Below, in pieces: positions 1-9,329 of a stretch of 64,000 nt of DNA. The notes beneath the pieces are model-generated. The model was given only the letters and a program-made list of their open reading frames with translations, had not been told where the DNA came from and searched no databases. The stretch is taken from positions 1,683 to 65,682 of the forward strand of contig JANMKN010000015.1 of the NCBI GenBank assembly GCA_031372065.1. The letters are read 5' to 3'. Positions within the stretch are counted from its first letter, which is position 1. Every line of letters begins with the position of its first letter. Source of the stretch: Abditibacteriaceae bacterium (GTDB lineage: Bacteria > Armatimonadota > Abditibacteriia > Abditibacteriales > Abditibacteriaceae). A program made the position numbers and the translations under genes.

Positions 1-1
1 T

Positions 2-1108
2 TTGCACGTTGATGCCGAACTTTTCGACGGCGTGACGCGTTGCACCAACAAATGCCCGTTTTGCTTTGTAGACCAACTGCCCAAGCGCCAAAAAGGGCCG
101 GACGCCAAAAATTTGCGCCGCACGCTTTATGTGCGCGACGACGATTATCGTCTTTCGTTTTTGCATGGGCATTACATCACCCTAACAAACCTGAGCGACG
201 CTGATTACACGCGCATCATCGAGGAAAAACTCTCACCTTTGTGCGTTTCGGTTCACGCGACAGACGCCGCCACGCGCATTAAATTAGTTGGCAACGAGCG
301 CGGCGGCGAAATTATGGAGCGCCTGCGTTTTTTGATTGACAATGGCATCCAAATCAACGCGCAACTCGTCATTTGCCCCGGCATCAACGACGGCGAAATT
401 CTCACGCGCAGCGTGCGCGATTTGATGGAATTGTATCCCGGCGTCGAATCCGTGGCCGCTGTGCCGATTGGACTGACCAAATATATGCCCGCTTCGCGCG
501 GTTTGCGCACGGTGCGGCCCGACGAAGCGGCGCATATGATCGAGCAACTCAAACCGTTGCAAAAACAAGCGCGGCAGCAGTGGGGCGTGCGCTTTGTTTA
601 TGCTTCGGACGAAATGTATTTGCTGGCCAATCAAGCCGCTGATTATCCGATGCCGCCCGAAAGTTTTTACGACGGCTATCCGCAATATGCCAACGGCGTG
701 GGCCTGATTCGCGCTTTTTTGGACGAAGTGAAAATTCTCGAACGCCGCCGCCCGAAAAGCGGCCCGGCGCCGAAAATTACTTTAGTCACGGGCCGTTTGG
801 CGGGCGATGGCGTGCGCGAATTGGCGCGCGTTTTAAACGAAAAAAATCGCGCCCATGCGACGGTTGTTGAAATCGAAAACAACTTTTGGGGCGGCAACGT
901 CGGCTGCGCCGGATTGATTATGGGCGAAGAAATTCTGAGCCAATTAAAAGGCCACGATTGCGGCGATTACCTGTTTTTACCGCCCGATGCCGTTGATAAT
1001 CAAGGCCGCTTATTAGACGACATTACATTAGACGATTTAAGCCGCCAATTAAATACCATCGCCCGCCGCGATGCCAACGGGCCTTTGGAATTAGCGGCGC
1101 TGCTTTAG
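2..1108 (+). CDS. DUF512-type radical-SAM-like Fe-S protein (5' partial, runs off window edge)
   Basis: Long ORF open to the window edge. It has the Cys motif CTNKCPFCF near its start and a C-terminal region typical of DUF512 proteins. Family assignment is by recognition only. Confidence 0.6.
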   Translation: MHVDAELFDGVTRCTNKCPFCFVDQLPKRQKGPDAKNLRRTLYVRDDDYRLSFLHGHYITLTNLSDADYTRIIEEKLSPLCVSVHATDAATRIKLVGNERGGEIMERLRFLIDNGIQINAQLVICPGINDGEILTRSVRDLMELYPGVESVAAVPIGLTKYMPASRGLRTVRPDEAAHMIEQLKPLQKQARQQWGVRFVYASDEMYLLANQAADYPMPPESFYDGYPQYANGVGLIRAFLDEVKILERRRPKSGPAPKITLVTGRLAGDGVRELARVLNEKNRAHATVVEIENNFWGGNVGCAGLIMGEEILSQLKGHDCGDYLFLPPDAVDNQGRLLDDITLDDLSRQLNTIARRDANGPLELAALL

Positions 1109-1177
1109 GAATCAGCTTAAAAATCGGAAAACCATCACCTTTAGGCAGTAAGAGTGCCAATTTTCGTCTCCAAGCCT

Positions 1178-1515
1178 GCTGAACTCGATTATTTCGCAAA
1201 ACAATAAGAATACGCGCCTGATCAATGAACTATTCTTATGAATGGGTTATCTCACGCACCGTTTGGGTTATCTAACGCATCGTTTGGGTCATCTCACGCG
1301 GCAAAACAATAAGTATACGTGCCTGATTAATGATCTATTCTCATCAATGGGTTTTCTGCACGCCCGATGGATAATCTGCACAGCCGCTGAACTCTCTTAC
1401 ACAGCAAAACAATAAGAATACAAGCCTGATTAATGATCTTCACTAATGAATGGGTCTTCTGCACGGCGTTTCGACTCTCTGACGCATCGTTTCGGTCATC
1501 TTCCGCACTGCGCAA
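1178..1515. repeat. Three tandem copies of a ~104-bp unit, built from 21-bp sub-repeats
   Basis: The anchor GCAAAACAATAAG recurs at 1196, 1301 and 1404 (periods 105 and 103). Inside each unit, GGGTTATCTCACGCACCGTTT-like 21-mers follow one another. Confidence 0.85.
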
Positions 1516-1620
1516 CGGCATTTTAAGGCTACTGTCAAACAGAGAACTGGCCGCACAGGGCGGATTCAACCGTTCTTGCTGGCCGTCGTTGTCAAATTTC
1601 GTATTGGTTGCACACAGTTC

Positions 1621-2622
1621 ATGAGCAGTTTTTCAAATCGCCTTTTACGGCGTGTCTTTTTTATTGTCCACCGCGAAACCCCGGTTTTGCCAGCGGTCGC
1701 CGGTGCCGTTTTGTGTTTGGGATTAGCCGTCAGCGGCACGATGGCGTATGCGCAGGCTGCTGAAACTGAGGACGGCGAAGCGATTGTGGCGAACGCCGCA
1801 AACGCCGCACCGAATTACAATTCGTTGCCGCCTGATACTTATCCGGTAGCGCCATCGCCGTTGCCGCAACAAGCGGAACGCCAGAACCGCCTCCAAGAAA
1901 CCAATATTCGCAATCTGATGCGCAGCTTTGGTGTCAACGCGCGCGATATGCAGGACTTGGTGATTTCGCATATTTCAAATGAAACGCAAGCGCGCGAACC
2001 GATGCGCGCCGCCAGTGGCCGTTTGTTGCAAGCGATGCGCACGCCGGGTGTCACCGAAGCGCAACTTGGTGTGTTGCTCAACGATTGTCGCGTGTCCTTT
2101 GACACCGACAGAATGCGCCGCGCCGATGCCTTAGAGTCGCTCAAAGACAAAATTGGCCTTGCCCTCACGCCGCGTATCGAATCTATGATTCTCTTGCTTG
2201 GTTTGGAAGGCGATGTCATCATCACTTTGCCCTCGCCGACGATGCTCTCGCAGATGCAGCGCGAACGTCAGCAACTGTTGAGAATGGTGGACGGCCTGAA
2301 ATTGGAAGCTGACAGCCTGCGCCGCGAGCGCGACGACATTAAAGCTGAACGCGACGCGTTTGCTCGCCCCAACGTGCCTAATCCGGCGATTCACTCCACG
2401 GCGAATGCGCAGATTAATCCCAACGGCCTTTACAATGCCCCCGAACCAACGGCGGTGCCCGTTCTTTCCGAGGAACTAAAAGAAGTGGCTCGACTTCGCG
2501 AAGAAAATGCCCGCATGAAAAAAGAAAACCAACGCCTGCAACGTGAAAATACTACATTGCGGCACGCGGCAAAAGAAGAAACAGGCGGCGTCAAAGAACA
2601 AAATAAAAACGACAAGCGATAA
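1621..2622 (+). CDS. Secreted helical/coiled-coil protein, paralogue family member P1
   Basis: ATG at 1621 precedes a hydrophobic signal-like segment (AVAGAVLCLGLAVSGTMAYAQA). The conserved core ends in KIGLALTPRIESMILLLGLEGD. The C-terminus is a charged coiled coil (LREENARMKKENQRLQREN). Confidence 0.7.
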   Translation: MSSFSNRLLRRVFFIVHRETPVLPAVAGAVLCLGLAVSGTMAYAQAAETEDGEAIVANAANAAPNYNSLPPDTYPVAPSPLPQQAERQNRLQETNIRNLMRSFGVNARDMQDLVISHISNETQAREPMRAASGRLLQAMRTPGVTEAQLGVLLNDCRVSFDTDRMRRADALESLKDKIGLALTPRIESMILLLGLEGDVIITLPSPTMLSQMQRERQQLLRMVDGLKLEADSLRRERDDIKAERDAFARPNVPNPAIHSTANAQINPNGLYNAPEPTAVPVLSEELKEVARLREENARMKKENQRLQRENTTLRHAAKEETGGVKEQNKNDKR

Positions 2623-2641
2623 AGGTCAAGGAGAAAACGAC

Positions 2642-3604
2642 ATGAAAAAATTGGCAATGCTGACAATGCTGGCGGGAGCCACTGGGCTTGTGATGTTTCC
2701 TGTCATGGCACAACCCGACCTCAATCGTGGCGGTGTAGCAGGCGAAAAAGCGGGCAAAGGCAAGCAAAAAGAAGACGAAGCGCGCAAAATCGTTGAAAAA
2801 GCCTTTGAAAAAGCGGCGGCGAACGATTTGGGCGCCCGTATGGTTTTTCTCAAAGGCGCCGGAGAGATGAGTCCAGAGCGCGTGCGCGCCAGCCTGCAAG
2901 CGCAAGGCGTTACCGATGAAAACACGCAAAATGCCATTCTCGAACACGTGGCGCGCACCGAAACAGCGCGCAAAAGCGTTGATGAAAAAGCGGCGGCCTT
3001 GCGCGACAATTTAAAACCCAACGCGGTTGTGGCCGATGTGCAATTCAACGTGCTGTTCAACGATTATCAGGCGGCGATTGAAGATTACCGCGCCCTCCGC
3101 GACAAATCAGCGCATCAGCTTGATGAGAAAATTGGCTACACCAAAAACACGCGTTTGCACGCCACATTACTGCTTTTGGGCATCATCGGCGATGCCCCAG
3201 CGGCTGGCAATTCCAATTGGGGTATGAACGGCATCACAACCCTCACGCGTCGTCTCGGAGAGCCTCCGATGATTATGCGCTGGAACGGTGCGCCTGATGG
3301 TAACGGGCAATTCAATTTTGATTTCAATGGCGGATTGCCTCAAAATGGCGCTGCTCCGTTTAATGCTCCCGATGCCAATGTCATCATCGAAAAAGCCCTG
3401 CGCGCGGTGCCAAATCCGTTTTTTCAAGCCAATCCCGTGCTTGATCCCGACCAAATTGGCGCCTTGCGCCGTGAGTTTGGTGCTCAAATCAAAGAATTAC
3501 GCGAAGAACTGAATCGCCTTAAAGCGGGGCAAGGCGAAAAAGAAAAAGCGCCCACCGAAAAGGGCGCCAAGAAAGAACGCGTCGAAAAAGGCGAACAGTT
3601 TTAA
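2642..3604 (+). CDS. Secreted helical protein, paralogue family member P2
   Basis: AAGGAGAAAA RBS precedes the ATG at 2642. Signal peptide MKKLAMLTMLAGATGLVMFPVMAQ. The core ends in KIGYTKNTRLHATLLLLGIIGD, matching P1 and the two proteins at 57.9-59.6 kb. Confidence 0.75.
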   Translation: MKKLAMLTMLAGATGLVMFPVMAQPDLNRGGVAGEKAGKGKQKEDEARKIVEKAFEKAAANDLGARMVFLKGAGEMSPERVRASLQAQGVTDENTQNAILEHVARTETARKSVDEKAAALRDNLKPNAVVADVQFNVLFNDYQAAIEDYRALRDKSAHQLDEKIGYTKNTRLHATLLLLGIIGDAPAAGNSNWGMNGITTLTRRLGEPPMIMRWNGAPDGNGQFNFDFNGGLPQNGAAPFNAPDANVIIEKALRAVPNPFFQANPVLDPDQIGALRREFGAQIKELREELNRLKAGQGEKEKAPTEKGAKKERVEKGEQF

Positions 3605-3621
3605 ACGCCAACAAAATTTGC

Positions 3622-3654
3622 AAAAACCTCCGAGGCAAACTTCGGAGGTTTTTG
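3622..3654 (+). terminator. Rho-independent terminator
   Basis: Hairpin CCTCCGA-GGCAAAC-TTCGGAGG followed by a T tract, directly after the stop at 3604. Confidence 0.8.
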
Positions 3655-3700
3655 CATTTCGTGTTAAAATCGCAGAGAGTTCAACGAAAACGGGAGCAAT

Positions 3701-4561
3701 ATGGCCGATTTTGATCGCTATAATGATGGCAGTGGCGCGGCGCCACGTTTGCGGGTGCAACATTCGTTGTGGTCGCTGCTAAAACTGCCGATGAACGGCA
3801 CCGAATGGACGCTGGATGAAAAGTTTTCGCGCGTCAAAGAAGCCGGTTTCGAGGCTGTCGAATGTTGGCTTTCCGACGCCGATGAAGCGGAAACCAAAGC
3901 TGCGCTGGAACGCCACAGTTTGCGTTTGATTTTGGGGCACCGGCCTTTCAAAATTGAAGACACCAAAGCCACTATCGAACGCGCTGTGCGTTTGGGCGCC
4001 GATTTCGTTTTTGCGCAACCCGCCAGCGCTTTTCATTCGTTGGACGACATCGCGCAATTGGTAACCGAAGGGCGCAAAATAGCCAACGATAACGGCTTGG
4101 CGTATTTTGTGGAAACGCATCGCAATAATTTCACGGAAAACCTGCCGCAAACGCTGCAACTCATTGAACGCGTGCCCGAAATTCGTTTTACCGCCGATTT
4201 ATCGCACTTTGTCGTCGTCGGCGAATTTTACGGTTGGGAAGCCGAAGGTGCGCTCGAACGCATGGCGCCGGTTCTCGAACGCGCCGCGCATATTCATGGC
4301 CGCATTTCCAACGGCGAACAAGTGCAAGTGGATGTCGGCGATGGCAGCGGCGAAACGGCCCAGTTTTTCGTGCGGTTGTGGACACACATCATGCGCGCTT
4401 GGAAAAACGGCGCCGTTGCGGGCGATGTTTTGCCTTTCACCAGCGAACTTGGCCCGCCACGCTACGCGATTACCCTGCCCGATGGCCGCGAATTTTCTGA
4501 TCGCTGGACGCAAAGTTTGGTGATGAAACAACTCGCTGAACAAGCGTGGAGTGCAGGATAA
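3701..4561 (+). CDS. Sugar phosphate isomerase/epimerase (xylose-isomerase-like TIM barrel)
   Basis: 286-aa ORF. The N-terminal pattern (EKFSRVKEAGFEAVECW) and overall layout fit the AP-endonuclease-2/xylose-isomerase-like family. Confidence 0.65.
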   Translation: MADFDRYNDGSGAAPRLRVQHSLWSLLKLPMNGTEWTLDEKFSRVKEAGFEAVECWLSDADEAETKAALERHSLRLILGHRPFKIEDTKATIERAVRLGADFVFAQPASAFHSLDDIAQLVTEGRKIANDNGLAYFVETHRNNFTENLPQTLQLIERVPEIRFTADLSHFVVVGEFYGWEAEGALERMAPVLERAAHIHGRISNGEQVQVDVGDGSGETAQFFVRLWTHIMRAWKNGAVAGDVLPFTSELGPPRYAITLPDGREFSDRWTQSLVMKQLAEQAWSAG

Positions 4562-4575
4562 AACCCACCACAAAC

Positions 4576-4621
4576 AAGCAAAAGCGGGCCAGAGAAAATC
4601 TCTGGCCCGCTTTGCTTTTCG
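4576..4621. terminator. Bidirectional stem-loop terminator between convergent genes
   Basis: AAGCAAAAGCGGGCCAGAG-AAAAT-CTCTGGCCCGCTTTGCTT followed by TTTC, placed between the stops at 4561 (+) and 4630 (-). Confidence 0.8.
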
Positions 4622-4629
4622 GCATGAAA

Positions 4630-5364
4630 TTACATCGTTTTCATGCCGTGCGTGTTGTGTTTCATGCCATCTTTCATCATGGTGCCGTTTTCCATCATGT
4701 CGGCGCACATCGGACAGTTCTTGGCGCTGTGATAGGGTGTCATCCAGCGCATATGCTTGCGGGCCAAATTGCCACGTTTGTGCATGGCGGCGCGCACTTT
4801 GGGACTGTTGCTCATGCCCCAGCGCATCTGCGACATTTGCACGGCTTTGGCGTGATCCATGTGCGCGGCGTGCAGCATTTCCATCGGAGAGCCGATTTTC
4901 GGTGCCATCATCACTTTGGTAGTGCTGGGGTCGGCGCCGAGCGATTTTGCTAACTTCATCATGCCCGGCCCGGCGGCTTCGTGTTCATGGCGCATACGAT
5001 CAAGCAAATTGGCGATTTTCCGGTTTTTGCTGCCGCCCAACTTGCGCAGTTGCATCGCTTGCGCTTGGAGCGCGGCGATTTCGGTTTTTTCTTCGCTGAT
5101 GGTGTCCATCACAAAACGAGGGTTTTGCTGCATCATGTCGGCGCGTTCGTCGCTGCCGGGTGGCGGCGCGGTGTGCGAATTGGTGGTCGGGGAATGCGTC
5201 GTTGTGGCATCAGGCTTGGTCACAACAACGTGTTCACCGGGTTCGACTTTGCGGTCGCCATCATCTTTGGGCGATTCGGCAAAAGCCAGAGCGGGCAACA
5301 GTAAAGCGGCGCTGGCGGCGCCACAGCACGATAGCCATTTGCGGAAATTTTTGCGGGTTTTCAT
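4630..5364 (-). CDS. Secreted Met/His-rich protein, possible periplasmic metal binder
   Basis: GGAGAAAC RBS precedes the ATG at 5364. Signal peptide MKTRKNFRKWLSCCGAASAALLLPALAFA. The C-terminal third is packed with M and H and contains CPMC (..HMRWMTPYHSAKNCPMCADMMENGTMMKDGMKHNTHGMKTM). Confidence 0.65.
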   Translation of the reverse strand: MKTRKNFRKWLSCCGAASAALLLPALAFAESPKDDGDRKVEPGEHVVVTKPDATTTHSPTTNSHTAPPPGSDERADMMQQNPRFVMDTISEEKTEIAALQAQAMQLRKLGGSKNRKIANLLDRMRHEHEAAGPGMMKLAKSLGADPSTTKVMMAPKIGSPMEMLHAAHMDHAKAVQMSQMRWGMSNSPKVRAAMHKRGNLARKHMRWMTPYHSAKNCPMCADMMENGTMMKDGMKHNTHGMKTM

Positions 5365-5502
5365 AGTTTCTCCTGTGATTTGAGACTTGACAGTTCGACG
5401 CCGGGAAGATGCAAACCACGGGCCGTTTAAACACTGAAAAACTGTTTTTGCGTTCACACTTTGCGATTTGCGCTTAAACTGGCAGACGACTGACTGATTT
5501 TC

Positions 5503-7599
5503 ATGGCGCGTAACGAATCCTTACCTTTATCACGACAACTGAGCATTGCTGTGGCCGCCGTAGCGGTGCTGGTTTGCTTTTTGCTTTTGCTGCGCGGCCC
5601 GTTAATGGCCGACCCGCAGGCCAATTTTTTCTTCAAGGCCCAGCAGCTTCAAGCACAGGGCTTAACCGATTTGGCATTGAAACATTATCGTCTGATTAGC
5701 CAATATCACCCCGAATCGGCTTATGCGCCGGCATCGCTTAAAGCACAGGCGGATATTCTGACTGGTTTGGCGCGCAAGAGCGAAGACCGGGCGCAATTTC
5801 GAGAAGCGATCCGGCTTTATCGCCAGTTGGCCGATACCTACAGCAGTGACCGCGACAGCGGCGATGCGCTGTTGGCCGCCGCTGGCATTGCCAAAGATGA
5901 TCTGGGCGATGCTTCACAAGCGCGCACGATTTTAAAGCAAGTGCTGGAACGCTTTCCCAACAACGCCGGTTATGCTGCAAAAGCGACGGTGCAATTGGGC
6001 CGTTTGGCTTTGGAGGCCGGCCAAAAAGACGAAGCGAAAACTTTGCTGCAAAGCGTGCTGCAAAAATTTCCGCGCGTGGACGTGGCTTGCGCCGAAGCGC
6101 AATATCATTTGGGCGTGTTGTATGAAACGCTTTTCAACAAAAAGGATGCCGCACAACGGGCTTATGAGGCCACATTTGAGCATTATCCGCGCACGATTTG
6201 GGCTGCCAATGCCAAAGAGCGCTTGGGAATGTTGATTTTTCAAGCCTCGGACAAGCATCCTGAACGCTTGGTCATGGTTGAGTTGCAGCCGGTGCCCGAT
6301 GATGGCGGGGGCGACGGCGATGACAGTCTTTTGGAAGCCTTGCGCCCGCTTTTGGCAGCGCGCGGTTTGAGTTCGGACGCTTCGACGCTGCGTGGTTGGA
6401 GCCTGAAACCGTTTTGGGGCGCGTTCGATCCGAATCAGCCGGGGCGTGTTGTTGAAGCGCCGTTTAACGATTTTATTAACGTCACCAGCAGCGCCAATTT
6501 ATTTTTCAATCGCTATCAGGACGCCAACGAAGTTGAGGCTTTAGGGCATTTGCAACGCGAACTGGATGCCGCTCGCCCGTTGGTGATTTACAACGGCGCG
6601 TGGCGTTTGGTGGTGGGCTACGATTCGGAACACGAAGAAATCTTTGTGCAGTCGCGCGGTGCGCGGGTGCAATCTATGGCGGTCAAAGAATTTTTAGCGG
6701 CGTGGAAGCGCAAAGCGCCCGATGGCGGGGCGTTTACCTCCATGATCTTTTACGCGCCGGGCGAAAAAGCGCGCATCAGCCGCGTGACAGGCGACAAGGC
6801 AAAAGCGGCCACAGGTGCCATTACAAAAGTCAGTATCAAAGCCACGCCCACCATGCCGACTATTAATCCGGCGGTGCCCGAACCAACGCCGACGCCCGTG
6901 CCAACGCCAGTATCGCTTGGCCTGACGCCGACTTTTGTTTTTCAATTGAAGCCGCTGTCCGCGCCCGATGCCCATCGCCGTGCCTTGCGTAGCGCGGTGA
7001 AATGGATGCGTCGTTCACGCGTCGCCGATAAAGACACCGCGTTGCTCAATTTGGATGCGTTGGATGCGATGGCAACCGCGCTGGAACGAGTCGCCAAAGC
7101 GCCCGCGACTGCTGTCGGCGAAGAATCGCCGGTGCCACTGCCCGAAGCCGATCCGACTCTTGAAAAGCCCATCGCCACGCCCTTGTCTATGCCCTTGGCC
7201 GTGCCTTTGGCGACGCCTTTGGCTTCGCCGACTGTCGCGCCCACTGCGACAGTTTCACCTGTGCTTTCCGCCGCGCAAAAATTAGAAAGAGCGCGTCAAC
7301 TGGCGCAATGGTTTCGCGCGCCGTTGCAAAGCTGGGTGCGCGCGCGCCGCGATGCCGCCTCCTATTTGCAAGGCGCCGCTGGGCCATTGCGCCGCGCGCA
7401 ACTCAAACAGGCCGCTGAAAATCTGCGTTTATCGGTCAACGAATTAAGTTCCGCCGCCGCCGCCATGCCCGCGCCGGAAACGTTGGAAGAAAACGGCGCC
7501 CTCACCGATAGCGCCCGCCGTGCCCTGCTGGACGCTGCTCGTCATGTCCGCGCCGCCCGCACTGCCGAAGCCAAAGCCACCGACCAAATGGATTTTTAG
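5503..7599 (+). CDS. TPR-repeat protein with N-terminal membrane anchor and Pro/Thr/Ala-rich linkers
   Basis: 698-aa ORF. A hydrophobic N-terminus is followed by repeated TPR-like helices (ALKHYRLISQYHPES, AIRLYRQLADTY, AQYHLGVLYE) and two proline-rich low-complexity stretches. Confidence 0.7.
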   Translation: MARNESLPLSRQLSIAVAAVAVLVCFLLLLRGPLMADPQANFFFKAQQLQAQGLTDLALKHYRLISQYHPESAYAPASLKAQADILTGLARKSEDRAQFREAIRLYRQLADTYSSDRDSGDALLAAAGIAKDDLGDASQARTILKQVLERFPNNAGYAAKATVQLGRLALEAGQKDEAKTLLQSVLQKFPRVDVACAEAQYHLGVLYETLFNKKDAAQRAYEATFEHYPRTIWAANAKERLGMLIFQASDKHPERLVMVELQPVPDDGGGDGDDSLLEALRPLLAARGLSSDASTLRGWSLKPFWGAFDPNQPGRVVEAPFNDFINVTSSANLFFNRYQDANEVEALGHLQRELDAARPLVIYNGAWRLVVGYDSEHEEIFVQSRGARVQSMAVKEFLAAWKRKAPDGGAFTSMIFYAPGEKARISRVTGDKAKAATGAITKVSIKATPTMPTINPAVPEPTPTPVPTPVSLGLTPTFVFQLKPLSAPDAHRRALRSAVKWMRRSRVADKDTALLNLDALDAMATALERVAKAPATAVGEESPVPLPEADPTLEKPIATPLSMPLAVPLATPLASPTVAPTATVSPVLSAAQKLERARQLAQWFRAPLQSWVRARRDAASYLQGAAGPLRRAQLKQAAENLRLSVNELSSAAAAMPAPETLEENGALTDSARRALLDAARHVRAARTAEAKATDQMDF

Positions 7600-7680
7600 C
7601 GGGTTTCGGGTGTCGCAAGCCAAAAAATGGCCCTTTTTTCCAGAAAAACGCCACCAAAATGCTTTTTGACAGCCCTTTTT

Positions 7681-7960
7681 GGCCTTTCCCCTCGAAAGTA
7701 AGGCCCCAAAACGTTTGTGGGATGGTTTTCCCTTCGAGGGGAAGCGCGCCAAACGTTTGTGGGATGCGTTTCCCCTACAGGGGAAAGCTGCCCCACATTT
7801 GTGGGATGCGTCTCCCTTCGAGGGGAAAACCATCCCATAAATATGGGATGGCTTTCCCCTGCTCCCCAAAAGCTGCCCATAAATGTTCGCTTCGCGCGGA
7901 CTCGAAGAGAAATGTATGCCACAAATGTGCGCTGCGTTCGGCGCGACGAACTTTGACGCC
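7681..7960. repeat. About six tandem copies of a 42-bp unit, each carrying a small hairpin
   Basis: Units GGATG(G/C)NTTTCCCNTNNAGGGGAANNNNNCCNNANNTTTGTG start at 7720, 7762, 7804 and 7846, with decayed copies on both sides. The hairpin core is TTCCC-N4-GGGAA. Confidence 0.85.
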
Positions 7961-7982
7961 TCATAGCAACTCCAACCTCTTG

Positions 7983-9329
7983 ATGCCTGAAAAAACACTC
8001 GCCGTTTCACCAACCGCCAAACGGCATTCGCGCCCAAAATGGGACAAAGCCGAGAAGCGCTTCATCGTGGCTTCGCTGCTGCTGATTGGCTGCTTTTGCA
8101 GCAGTTTGGTGTGGTGGGGACGCCTCAACGAACTGCCGGAGTATCAAATTCCCAATCCGGCGCTACCCTCGCCGAACGCCTTTGATACCTATTTGCAAGC
8201 GACTTGGACGATGGCGCCCGTGAAAAAGCCAGCAGTTGACCCGATTGTGGACACCGAAAGCCTCACCGACCCCAAAGAACGTGCCCAGCGTTATTCTCTC
8301 GCCCGCCGTGACGCGTGGCTCAAACAAAATGCGGGTGCTTTTGCCTTGTTACGGCAAGGCTTGAAGCAACAATATCAACAGCCGTCGGCGCGTTCGTGGT
8401 CGGCTTTGTTTCCGTATCTATCGGGTTTTCGCGAATTAGCGCGCCGCCTGATGGTCGAAAGCAAAACGCATTTACTGCGCGGCAAGGCGGGCGCGGCAGC
8501 TTCCAGCGCGTTAGACACTATGCAATTTGGCACACAAGTGCCACGCGGCGGGCCATTGATTTCGGGATTGGTAGGCATCGCTATCCAAAATATGGGGCGC
8601 CTTCAACTTTCCAAAGTGCTGCCACATCTCAGCGCCGCCCAATGCAAAAGCGCCATTCAACGCTTGGAGAAAATTCGCGCAGTGCAATTGCCTTATGCCC
8701 AAATGGTGCGCGAAGAAAAATGGTGTGGGCAGAGCGGTATGCTGGAAATTATGAAAAAACCGGATTGGGCCGGGCAATTTGCCACGAATCTTGTGGGGCT
8801 GACGGGCACTCCGACGTATTTGTGGGATAAATGGCGTTTTATGCTTGTCGGCAAGCGCCGCGCGCTGGATAATTACACGAATTTCATGGACAAATCCATC
8901 ATCGAGGCCACCAAACCGTATGCCAAAATGCAAGACGTGCCCGTTCCCGATGATCGAATCAATCAGATATTAGCGCCCACTTTTGGTAGAACACGTTTCA
9001 CTTTTGCCCGCGCCGAAGCTGGTGCCGATTTGCTTGCAGTTGCGTTAGCTTTGCGCGCCTACAAACTCGAACGCGGCGCTTATCCCACCAAACTTGCTGC
9101 CTTAGTGCCGACTTATCTGCGAAAAATCCCCGCCGATGCCTTTGGCGGCGGCGAACCGCTACGCTACCAAAAGCAAGGCCCGACTTACAAACTCTGGAGC
9201 CTCGGCCCCGATTTAAAAGACAACGGCGGCCAACCGATTAAAAACATGACTGTCAATCGCTACGACGAAACCGAAAAAGACGCCCCGCGCGACGAAACCA
9301 CTCAGGGCGATTGGGTGATGCAGCCATGA
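7983..9329 (+). CDS. Membrane-anchored protein with pseudopilin-like C-terminal motif (paralogue 1)
   Basis: The in-frame ATG at 7983 lies after the repeat array. TM segment FIVASLLLIGCFCSSLVWWG. The motif IPNPALPSPNAFD and the C-terminal LALRAYKLERGAYPTKLAALVPTYLRKIPADAFGGGEPLRYQKQGPTYKLWSLGPDLKDNGG are shared with the next gene. Confidence 0.65.
   Translation: MPEKTLAVSPTAKRHSRPKWDKAEKRFIVASLLLIGCFCSSLVWWGRLNELPEYQIPNPALPSPNAFDTYLQATWTMAPVKKPAVDPIVDTESLTDPKERAQRYSLARRDAWLKQNAGAFALLRQGLKQQYQQPSARSWSALFPYLSGFRELARRLMVESKTHLLRGKAGAAASSALDTMQFGTQVPRGGPLISGLVGIAIQNMGRLQLSKVLPHLSAAQCKSAIQRLEKIRAVQLPYAQMVREEKWCGQSGMLEIMKKPDWAGQFATNLVGLTGTPTYLWDKWRFMLVGKRRALDNYTNFMDKSIIEATKPYAKMQDVPVPDDRINQILAPTFGRTRFTFARAEAGADLLAVALALRAYKLERGAYPTKLAALVPTYLRKIPADAFGGGEPLRYQKQGPTYKLWSLGPDLKDNGGQPIKNMTVNRYDETEKDAPRDETTQGDWVMQP

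Noticed and set aside
7444-8037. ORFs 7444-8037 (-), 7596-7964 (-), 7717-7956 (+) and the 7659-7982 N-terminal extension of the 556-aa ORF
   Set aside because: All lie on the 42-bp tandem array. They translate to repetitive low-complexity peptides in several frames, and the downstream protein has a sensible start and TM anchor at 7983.
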